NCBI GenBank assembly: GCA_965140795.1
Contig: OZ223470.1
Coordinates: 2,115,579 to 2,179,578, forward strand
Reading direction: 5' to 3'
Source of the DNA: Sphaerochaetaceae bacterium
GTDB lineage: Bacteria > Spirochaetota > Spirochaetia > Sphaerochaetales > Sphaerochaetaceae
DNA length: 64,000 nt
This document shows, one piece after another, positions 56,329 to 64,000 of the stretch (the stretch's first letter is position 1; each line of letters begins with the position of its first letter). Below the pieces are notes generated by a model. That model was given only the letters and a program-made list of their open reading frames with translations. It was not told where the DNA came from and searched no databases. The position numbers were made by a program, and so were the translations under genes.

Positions 56329-56371
56329 AAATTACCATACACTATAGAACAAGTCAATACTTAGCTAAGTA
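56329..56371 (-). promoter_or_regulatory. Candidate promoter of the osmC operon with abutting 14-bp perfect palindrome
   Basis: On the minus strand the order is palindrome TACTTAGCTAAGTA (56371-56358), TTGACT (56357-56352), a 17-nt spacer, then TAATTT (56334-56329). Confidence 0.4.
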
Positions 56372-56659
56372 AGTATATGATTAATGTTATAGAAATTATT
56401 TATTATATGATTTTTAAAATATTATTGGTGCCAATAATAAAGAAATGGTAATATAAAGTTATAAAAAATAAAAAAATGACAATTTTTATTTAAATTGTTA
56501 TTTTAATAATGAGTGATTTGCCATCATGAAAATTATACTTTTCTAGAGTAAGAAATTTAGTATTGTTTTTAATATAAAGATGATAATGTTTCTGGTTTAA
56601 ATTTTTGATAATTTATCCTATTATTTTTATTAATTAGATTTAATAATAAAAGGGCTAAT

Positions 56660-57775
56660 ATGAAAAAATCACTTTCTAGAGATCAACAAATAATAAAAAC
56701 AAGTTTAGTTGGTATTTTTACAAATATATTTTTATCAGCATTTAAGTTGGTAATAGGGTTATTGTCCTCTTCAATTGCAATAATGATGGATGCAATTAAT
56801 AATTTAAGTGATGCATTATCTTCTGTTATAACAATAATCGGTATGAAGTTAGCTTTAAAACCAGCAGATAATAAACATCCTTTAGGACATGGTAGAATTG
56901 AATATCTAAGTGCTTTAATCGTATCTTCTATAGTATTTTTTGCAGGGGCTACATCACTAGTAGAATCTATTAAGAAAATTATTAATCCTGTAACTACAAA
57001 ATATACAACAATAATGTTGACTTTTATTTTTGTTGCTATAATTACTAAATTGATTTTAGGTCGATATACAAAAAATGTTGGTAAAAAAGTTAATTCAACA
57101 GCGCTTGTAGCTTCTGGATCCGATGCTTCTTTTGATGCAATAGTATCAGCTTCAACTATAATTTCTGCATTAATTACTATTTTCTGGCATATAAATATTG
57201 ATGGGTATATAGGAGCTGTAATCTCATTAGTTATTATCAAAGCTGGTTGGGATATGCTAAGTGAAACATTAGATAGAATTTTAGGGTCCAGAATTGATAG
57301 CAAACTTTCCAAAGAGATTAAAGCAAAAATTAAAGAAGAAGATATAATTATAGGAGTATATGATTTAATACTTCATAATTATGGACCTGAGACGATGATT
57401 GGTTCTGTTCATATCGAATTAGAAGAAAATGTTACGACTAAACAAATATATGAACTTACTAGAAAACTCAGAATGAAAATGTATGAAGAATATGGGATTC
57501 TTTTAACATTTGGAGTTTATGCCACAAATAAAAATGATCCTAGAGTTATTGAAATTATGGAATCAATTAATAAATATATTTTAAATATTCCTGGAATAAT
57601 TCAAATGCATGCTTTTTATATTAATTTTGAAGAAAAACAGCTTTCATTTGATATTGTTGTAGACTTTAATGTTGATGATAAATTTGCACTTAGAGATTCA
57701 ATAGCAAAACATTTAAAAGAAAAATATCCAGATTATTCAATTTTTATTGCTATTGATACCTTTATAACTGATTAA
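56660..57775 (+). CDS. Cation diffusion facilitator family transporter
   Basis: It has 6 TM segments carrying HPLGHGRIEY and DAxNNxSD-type motifs, plus a C-terminal cytoplasmic domain. Confidence 0.85.
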   Translation: MKKSLSRDQQIIKTSLVGIFTNIFLSAFKLVIGLLSSSIAIMMDAINNLSDALSSVITIIGMKLALKPADNKHPLGHGRIEYLSALIVSSIVFFAGATSLVESIKKIINPVTTKYTTIMLTFIFVAIITKLILGRYTKNVGKKVNSTALVASGSDASFDAIVSASTIISALITIFWHINIDGYIGAVISLVIIKAGWDMLSETLDRILGSRIDSKLSKEIKAKIKEEDIIIGVYDLILHNYGPETMIGSVHIELEENVTTKQIYELTRKLRMKMYEEYGILLTFGVYATNKNDPRVIEIMESINKYILNIPGIIQMHAFYINFEEKQLSFDIVVDFNVDDKFALRDSIAKHLKEKYPDYSIFIAIDTFITD

Positions 57776-57783
57776 AATAATAA

Positions 57784-58473
57784 TTAATAGTCTTTAATAA
57801 CTATTCCTATAACAGTAGCTAAAGCTGCTGCTTGATAGGTATCAACAATTATACCTTTTAATTCAATCATATTTTTAGAGAATTTAATATTATCAATTGT
57901 AGATGTAGTAAAATCTATATCTTTAAGTAACGTATTAAAGAATTCTGTTTTAGAAAAATTAACTGTTTTTATATTAAAGTTTTGTAATTTACATGCATCA
58001 AAAAAGGATTCAAGATATGTTGTGTTTTCTATTTTTAAATCATTGATATTACATTCAAAATGAGAGGCTAAATTAAAGTTTGATTCGTTTATTTTCATAT
58101 TGGATAATTTAGCAGAGGTAAATGCACAGCCACTAAATTTACACATGTTTATATCAATTTTATCAAAGTAAGCTTTATTAAAGGTGCTGCCTGAAAAATC
58201 ACAACCAATAAATTTACAATTTATGAATGTAGAATTTTCAAAATCACAAGAATTAAAAATACAATTTTCAAATATGCATAATTCAAAGTTCTTATATGAA
58301 AAAAAATTATTAAAATTTTTGCATTCAATTATGTTTAACAATTCAAGATAGTTTTCTTCGTTTTCCTCTATATAGAGTTTTAAATCATCTATTTTTGTTA
58401 ATGAATTAGTATCAATATCAATTGATCCTGTTATATCTTTAATAGTTTTTTGTTTCTTTCTTTTCTTTTGCAT
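57784..58473 (-). CDS. Pentapeptide-repeat protein
   Basis: There are consecutive A(D/N)LXX-type pentapeptides (CIFENCIFNSCDFENSTFINCKFIGCDFSGSTFNKAYF...). The N-terminus is polybasic. Confidence 0.8.
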   Translation of the reverse strand: MQKKRKKQKTIKDITGSIDIDTNSLTKIDDLKLYIEENEENYLELLNIIECKNFNNFFSYKNFELCIFENCIFNSCDFENSTFINCKFIGCDFSGSTFNKAYFDKIDINMCKFSGCAFTSAKLSNMKINESNFNLASHFECNINDLKIENTTYLESFFDACKLQNFNIKTVNFSKTEFFNTLLKDIDFTTSTIDNIKFSKNMIELKGIIVDTYQAAALATVIGIVIKDY

Positions 58474-58558
58474 ATTAATTAATCCTTATATTCATTTTAC
58501 ATAATTGTTTAAATTTTGAATATGAAAGAGATAAAGTTTAAGGATAAATTTTGATAAT

Positions 58559-58587
58559 AAAAAAATGTCGTACTATTTGTACGACAT
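58559..58587 (-). terminator. Rho-independent terminator of cstA
   Basis: The 9-bp stem ATGTCGTAC/GTACGACAT is followed, on the minus strand, by a run of 7 U. Confidence 0.65.
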
Positions 58588-58624
58588 TTAATATTTTTAT
58601 TATATTTAATTTCTTAAAACAGGA

Positions 58625-60295
58625 TTAAGCTGTTTCTTTTTTTGTAAAGAACAAAGTTTTAATTGAGTTATATGAAATCAATAAACCAGTAATAAAGATA
58701 AAGATACCGAAGATTAATTGTAAACCTTGTTTTGCAAATACAAAACTATCTGTACCAATTGCTCTAATATTGCTGATATTAAGCATTGTTAATGCAGTAA
58801 ATGTTACAGCCATCATGATTAACATTGGGATCCAAACATTTTTACTTGTTTTACCAGATTTCTTTAAGTAAACAGCTACTGCACTTAAAGCTAATGCTGA
58901 TAACATTTGGTTAGAACTACCAAATAATGCCCAAATATTTAAATATCCACCCTTAGATAATGCATAACCTAGAACTAATGTTATTAAAGTTGCAAAAATT
59001 GAGTTTTGGAATAATTTTTGAATTGGGCTAATAGTTGCAGGATCTTGATCTTCATTTGTAAATAATTCTTGGAAAGAAAGTCTTGCAATACGAGCAACTG
59101 AGTCAAGTGATGTTAGAGCGAAAGCACTAATTGCTAAGTTGATTAATGTTAAGCTTAAGTTGTGATCCATATGAACTATATCTAAGAAGTTTGCAATAGC
59201 CATAGCAAAAGTTTGTTGTGCTGAAGCACCTTTTGGCATTCCACCTAAAGATCCTACACATACTAATGCAATAACGGCTAATAAAGATTCAACTAACATT
59301 GCACCATAACTAACTTTAATCATATCTTTTTCATTTTTGATTTGTTTACTTGAAGTATTAGAACTTACTAAAGCATGGAAACCAGAAACAGCCCCACAAG
59401 CAATTGTAACAAATAAATAAGGGAACATTGTTTGTCCATTTACTGAGAAAGAAGTAACTGCTGGTAATGAGATTGTTGGTCTAGCAATTAAGATACCAAA
59501 AACAGCAGCAGCAATCATGAAGATAAGTAAGAAACTATTTAAATAGTCACGAGGTTGTAATAAAGACCAAACAGGAACAACTGAAGCAACAAATATATAG
59601 ATGAATACAATGTATGACCAACCATGAACATCTAAAGAAGTGATAGGAGCTTTTAACCCAATAAACATAGCAATAACTAATAATGCAATTGCAATTACAG
59701 TTTGCAATACTTTATTAGGACGTACTTTACGGCAGAAGAAACCAAAACCAACAGCAAAGAATATAAATAAACTTGATGTTGTAGCTGTGCTACCATTACT
59801 TAATGTAAGAGCTGGGTTATCAGCAACTGCACCAAATGAAACAGCTACAATGTTTGCAAATGCAGCAATTACAACGATACAGAATAACCAACAGAAAAGT
59901 AAGAATAAAGCTTTACCTGTAGAACCAAGGTACTTTTTAATAATATAACCTAAAGAGTGACCTTCATTTTTTACAGAAGCAACCATAGAACCAAAGTCTT
60001 GAACACCCCCGAAGAAAATACCACCCATAAGGCACCATAAAAGTACAGGAACCCAGCCATAACTTGAAGCTACAATTGGTCCGATGATTGGAGCAGCACC
60101 TGCAATAGATGCAAATTGATGCCCAAATAATACGTTTGAATCAGTTGGAACATAGTCTACTCCGTCTTCAAATTCATATGCGGGTGTTTTTTTTGATTCG
60201 TCAACACCCCATTTTTTAGCTAGTCGCTTACCGTAGAAAACATAACCGGCAATTAAAGCAACTATGCCTATTAATAAAATTATTACACCATTCAT
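58625..60295 (-). CDS. cstA: Carbon starvation protein A (CstA-family peptide/pyruvate transporter)
   Basis: I trimmed the ORF to MNGVIILLIGIVALIAGYVFYGKRLAKKWGVD, after AAGGAG. The motif HQFASIAGAAPIIGPI is diagnostic. Confidence 0.9.
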   Translation of the reverse strand: MNGVIILLIGIVALIAGYVFYGKRLAKKWGVDESKKTPAYEFEDGVDYVPTDSNVLFGHQFASIAGAAPIIGPIVASSYGWVPVLLWCLMGGIFFGGVQDFGSMVASVKNEGHSLGYIIKKYLGSTGKALFLLFCWLFCIVVIAAFANIVAVSFGAVADNPALTLSNGSTATTSSLFIFFAVGFGFFCRKVRPNKVLQTVIAIALLVIAMFIGLKAPITSLDVHGWSYIVFIYIFVASVVPVWSLLQPRDYLNSFLLIFMIAAAVFGILIARPTISLPAVTSFSVNGQTMFPYLFVTIACGAVSGFHALVSSNTSSKQIKNEKDMIKVSYGAMLVESLLAVIALVCVGSLGGMPKGASAQQTFAMAIANFLDIVHMDHNLSLTLINLAISAFALTSLDSVARIARLSFQELFTNEDQDPATISPIQKLFQNSIFATLITLVLGYALSKGGYLNIWALFGSSNQMLSALALSAVAVYLKKSGKTSKNVWIPMLIMMAVTFTALTMLNISNIRAIGTDSFVFAKQGLQLIFGIFIFITGLLISYNSIKTLFFTKKETA

Positions 60296-61001
60296 TTTAT
60301 TATCTCCTTGATATGATAATCGAACAATATAATAGTGTAATTTAATATGCATTACTAGTATATATATGCAAAATTAATGCAAAAAATATTCATTTTATAT
60401 AGATAATTTATTATTGTATAGAGAAATAATGATATAAAAGAAATAAAAAAAATTTTTAAAAAACTTTAATTTTTTTTTACTTTATTAAAAACTATTGGAT
60501 AATATAATAAACTTGGTATTAAAACTCTAATAAAAAAAAAGGTTTTTAATAAAAAATATACTAGCTTTTATTTTTAATTGTATATTCTTACAAAATTAAA
60601 GATGACTTAATATAGGACTTATTAATAATAAGTTCAATAGCAAATATTGAGTTTTGAATTTTTTAAAATATTAATATAAATTATTTGTTTTAATGTTTTT
60701 CCAAATCTCTTATAATTAGATTACAAGATCAGTTTGATGCTTGAATTATTTTTGTTTTTAATATTTTAATCCACTTAAAAATACTAAAATATATTTCTAT
60801 AAGAAAAGAGAAAGATAGGATAATATTAATAAATAAAGTATAAGATTTTGAATTATTCATTAATGAAAAAATAGTTTAAATAGGGGTATAAAAAGTCGCT
60901 ATATTACAAATATTATCATTATTTTCTATTTATTTCACTAATTGCCTAATTTATAATACTACCGTTAAATGAAGTGGATTTCACTTTAAAAGGAGAAAAT
61001 T

Positions 61002-62222
61002 ATGAAAAAGGTTATATTATTGTTATTATCTTCAATAATTGTTATCTCATCAATTTTTGCATCTGGGGCTCCAGAAGAAAAAAGTGGTGATGTTACTTTA
61101 AAATTTTGGTATACCTATGGAGAAGGTGAAGAAGAAATTTTACTTAATGAAGTAATTCCAATGTGGGAAGCAGAGAATCCTAATATTAAAATTGATTGTA
61201 TCAGACAAGATGGTAGTCAGTATCATCAAATGATAGTTACTTCTTTTGGAACTGGTAATGGACCTGATGTTGCTCGTATAGAAATCACAAAAACTGCAGC
61301 TTATGCAAATCAAGGTGGTTTAACTGCTGTAAGTGATTATCCTGAATTTTCAGCTTTAAAAGATAATTTTTTAGAAGGTCCTTTATCAACAAATTTATTT
61401 AAAGGGTCTTACTATGGATTACCATTAGATACAAACTGTAAGGCTGCTGTAGTAAATACTAATATATTAAAAAATGAATTAAATTTAGACAAAGTTCCAA
61501 CAACTATGGAAGAATTTTTAGGTAAGGCAAAAAACAGAGACACATATTCTTTAAATGTTTCTGGCTTTGGTGATTGGGATTTATATACCTATTTCTGGTT
61601 ATTTGGTGGAGTTTTAACAGATGATGGCTTTACAAAGGCTAGTGGTTATATCAATAGTGCAGCAAGTGTTAATGCTATTAATACTATGATAAAACTTCAT
61701 GATGAAGGTATTTTTACAATTAGAGATTTAGATGGTAGTGTTGATGCTTGGGATGGTATTGAAAGTGAATATGCTATGTTCTTTGAAGGTCCTTGGTATA
61801 ATTTTAATGCTAAAGCTGATATTGGTATTGTTCCTTCCTTAATTCCAACATATGAAGGTAAAAGTGCTTCTATTGTTGGTGGTGAAAATATTGCTGTTTT
61901 CTCGACTTCAAAATATCAAGATGCTGCTTGGAAATTTGCACAATTTATGACTAGTGATAAAGTACAAAAGGCAATGTTAAAATCAGGACAACTCCCTGTT
62001 TTAAAAGATATGGTTGAATCCCCTGCAGTTTTGGAAAATCCTGTTTGGTCTGTATATATGGAACAACTTAAATCAGCAAAGGCTAGAATTCCATCTCCAT
62101 ATACAGGGGACATAGAAACTGCTTGGAAAAATGCTATGACTTCAATTTTTGTTGATGGCGAGGCTGTCCAAGCTCAAATGGATAAATTAGCTTCAGAATT
62201 AGATACAATCCTATCTAAATAA
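61002..62222 (+). CDS. Sugar ABC transporter substrate-binding protein (CUT1)
   Basis: A signal peptide ending IFASG is followed by VTLKFWYTYGEGEEE, a typical family-1 SBP pattern. Confidence 0.85.
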   Translation: MKKVILLLLSSIIVISSIFASGAPEEKSGDVTLKFWYTYGEGEEEILLNEVIPMWEAENPNIKIDCIRQDGSQYHQMIVTSFGTGNGPDVARIEITKTAAYANQGGLTAVSDYPEFSALKDNFLEGPLSTNLFKGSYYGLPLDTNCKAAVVNTNILKNELNLDKVPTTMEEFLGKAKNRDTYSLNVSGFGDWDLYTYFWLFGGVLTDDGFTKASGYINSAASVNAINTMIKLHDEGIFTIRDLDGSVDAWDGIESEYAMFFEGPWYNFNAKADIGIVPSLIPTYEGKSASIVGGENIAVFSTSKYQDAAWKFAQFMTSDKVQKAMLKSGQLPVLKDMVESPAVLENPVWSVYMEQLKSAKARIPSPYTGDIETAWKNAMTSIFVDGEAVQAQMDKLASELDTILSK

Positions 62223-62233
62223 ATATAAATAAG

Positions 62234-63154
62234 ATGGTATATAGAATGAAAAACTATAGCAGAAGAGATTTAAATGGATGGAGATATGCTTATCCATTTG
62301 TATTACCAGGGTTAATACTGATAAGTGTTTTTGTTATTTTCCCTATGATATTTACACTTAGAATAGCTTTTTCAAATTATCAAATCGTACAAGGTAAAAT
62401 TAGTTTTGTTGGACTTGAAAATTTTAAGACAATTTTTACTGAATCAAATAAAGAATTTTGGTATGCATATAGGAATAACTTTCTATATGCCATCGTAACA
62501 GTTCCTTTCATAGTTTTTGGAGGAATGATTTTTAGCTATCTTATAAATAATTTAAAGAAAGGTGGAAGTATATTTAAGGTGGGTTTCTATCTACCAGTTA
62601 TAACTTCTTGGGTTATCGTTTCTTTAGTCTTTCAATATATGTTTAATAATTCTAGTAGAGGCCTAATTAATTATTTTTTAGTAGATGTAACACATATATT
62701 AGATGATTATGTTCCTTGGTTACTTAGAGAATGGTCTGGTAATGCAGCCATTTGGATAATGGGTATTTGGAAAAATACAGGTTGGGCTATGTTAATTTAT
62801 TTAGCTGCACTTCAATCAATTCCTAATATGCTTTATGAAGCTTCAGAATTAGATGGTGCAACTAGTTGGCAGAAATTCAGGTTCATTACTATGCCTAGTT
62901 TAAAACCAACTACATTTTTTGTACTAGTTAATATGATTATTGGATCTTTTAATGTTTTCTTGCAAGTAATGCTATTAACCAGTGGTGGCCCTAATGGAAG
63001 AACAAGTGTTTTACAATACATGCTTTATGATAGAGCTTTTGGGAAATTCCAATTTGGACAAGCTTCTGCGGTTGGCCTTATCAGTTCTATCACTATTGTA
63101 ATTTTAACGCTTGTTTTAAATAAAACTTTGAAATTAGATCAGGAGGAAAATTAA
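62234..63154 (+). CDS. Sugar ABC transporter permease (MalF-like)
   Basis: An EAA loop is present (EASELDGATSWQKFRFITMPSL). The start could instead be the ATG at 62246. Confidence 0.85.
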   Translation: MVYRMKNYSRRDLNGWRYAYPFVLPGLILISVFVIFPMIFTLRIAFSNYQIVQGKISFVGLENFKTIFTESNKEFWYAYRNNFLYAIVTVPFIVFGGMIFSYLINNLKKGGSIFKVGFYLPVITSWVIVSLVFQYMFNNSSRGLINYFLVDVTHILDDYVPWLLREWSGNAAIWIMGIWKNTGWAMLIYLAALQSIPNMLYEASELDGATSWQKFRFITMPSLKPTTFFVLVNMIIGSFNVFLQVMLLTSGGPNGRTSVLQYMLYDRAFGKFQFGQASAVGLISSITIVILTLVLNKTLKLDQEEN

Positions 63155-63996
63155 TGAAAAAAGCTATTAATTGGATTATTTTAATTTTTTTCCTACTAAT
63201 ATTTTCAATCCCATTTTTATTTATGATTTCAAATTCATTTGAAACTTTTAGTTATGTTTTACCATATCCCCCTAGGATTTTTCCTTCAAGTTTTAATTTG
63301 GATGGATATAAACATGTACTAGCAATGCCCTTATTTACAACAGCACTTGTTAATAGCATTGTTAATACTTTCATCACTATGGTTATTGCAATATTTATTT
63401 CTACTTTATCAGCTTATGGTTTTGCAAGAATAAAATTCAAAGGTAGAGATTTAATATTTGCAGTTTATATATTTACTTTAATGCTTCCTGGCTTTTTAAA
63501 TATAATACCTCAATTTATTATTTTAAAATGGCTTAGAATTCCTTTTACAGATATAAATCTTATTGGAAAAAGATCTGGATTAATTTTAATTTATGTCTCT
63601 ACTTGTATATGTGGTAATACTTTTTTCTTAAGAAACTTTTTTAGAAGTATACCTAAAGATTTATCGGAATCTGTAATAATTGATGGTGGTGGGCATGGAA
63701 CAATTTTCTTTAAAATTTTATTACCATTATCTACTCCTTCAATTGGAACTATGAGTGTTTTTGCATTCCAAGGATTTTGGGAAGAATATTTTAGTGCAAA
63801 AGTTTTAGTTGGAGCTAATGAAAAAATGATTACTCTTCCTTTGTTGCTACAAAGGTTGAATGGGGAACATTCAACTCGTTGGGAATGGGTTTTCTCAGCA
63901 TCTATTTTAGCGTTAATTCCGGTTGTTGTTCTTTTCTTATTTGCTCAGAAAAAAATGGTTGTTGGTGGCCTATCTCAAGGCGCAGTTAAAGGTTAA
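63154..63996 (+). CDS. Sugar ABC transporter permease (MalG-like)
   Basis: An EAA loop is present (ESVIIDGGGHGTIFFKILLPL). The start overlaps the previous stop, and AGGAGG precedes it. Confidence 0.85.
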   Translation: MKKAINWIILIFFLLIFSIPFLFMISNSFETFSYVLPYPPRIFPSSFNLDGYKHVLAMPLFTTALVNSIVNTFITMVIAIFISTLSAYGFARIKFKGRDLIFAVYIFTLMLPGFLNIIPQFIILKWLRIPFTDINLIGKRSGLILIYVSTCICGNTFFLRNFFRSIPKDLSESVIIDGGGHGTIFFKILLPLSTPSIGTMSVFAFQGFWEEYFSAKVLVGANEKMITLPLLLQRLNGEHSTRWEWVFSASILALIPVVVLFLFAQKKMVVGGLSQGAVKG

Positions 63997-64000
63997 TTTA

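Noticed and set aside
56683-57312. A 209-aa ORF antisense to the CDF transporter gene. Other long antisense or alternative-frame ORFs in the track are similar: 32637-33017, 24955-25338, 26481-26822, 4012-4314, 45445-45723, 59640-59948 and 53358-53690.
   Set aside because: Each lies entirely inside a well-supported gene with clear family motifs and has no RBS. Their composition is the low-complexity Ile/Leu/Phe/Lys-rich or mirror-codon type expected from reading AT-rich membrane-protein genes backwards. I see no independent evidence of coding.
1-64000. A search by eye for CRISPR arrays, tRNA/rRNA genes, prophage genes, integrases, toxin-antitoxin pairs, restriction-modification or other defence systems.
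   Set aside because: I found no direct-repeat/spacer arrays, no GC-rich cloverleaf-sized islands in the spacers and no ORFs with nuclease, methylase, integrase or capsid motifs. The only mobile-element trace is the ISL3 remnant.

Overview
The window is a very AT-rich chromosomal segment that uses the standard genetic code (long ORFs are intact and Trp is TGG). It has no rRNA, tRNA, CRISPR array or intact mobile element that I can see. Coding density is high, with about 55 credible CDSs.

The content is mostly solute uptake and anaerobic carbohydrate catabolism, arranged as regulator-headed islands:
- (1) A MerR regulator, followed by a Fe3+/thiamine-type ABC importer (1.9-5.3 kb).
- (2) A ROK regulator divergent from a 9-gene operon (11.7-20.8 kb): CUT1 sugar ABC importer, split transketolase, MtnK-like kinase, MtnA-like isomerase, class II aldolase and Fe-alcohol dehydrogenase. 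This looks like a DHAP-shunt-type deoxy/thio-pentose salvage route.
- (3) A GntR regulator divergent from a CUT2 binding protein, a cyclase-family hydrolase, a fused ATPase-permease, a second permease and two tandem Zn-dehydrogenases (24.6-33.4 kb).
- (4) A LacI regulator divergent from a glycyl-radical enzyme, its activase, an FGGY kinase, a CUT2 ABC importer and a class II aldolase (42.2-52.6 kb). I consider this the most interesting candidate for an undescribed radical-dependent sugar pathway.
- (5) An osmC / lipoyl-domain-fused dihydrolipoyl dehydrogenase / lplA / marR operon (52.7-56.4 kb), which looks like a self-contained lipoyl-dependent hydroperoxide reductase module.
- (6) The start of another CUT1 sugar ABC operon (61.0-64.0 kb).

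Other content:
- two membrane GGDEF diguanylate cyclases and a truncated EAL fragment
- a large BspA/DUF285 repeat lipoprotein with eighteen 75-bp tandem units
- several lipoproteins
- CstA, a CDF transporter, an MFS transporter, a PhzF-family protein and a pentapeptide-repeat protein
- a decayed ISL3 transposase remnant

All functional calls rest on my reading of motifs in the translated ORFs. No database search was possible.
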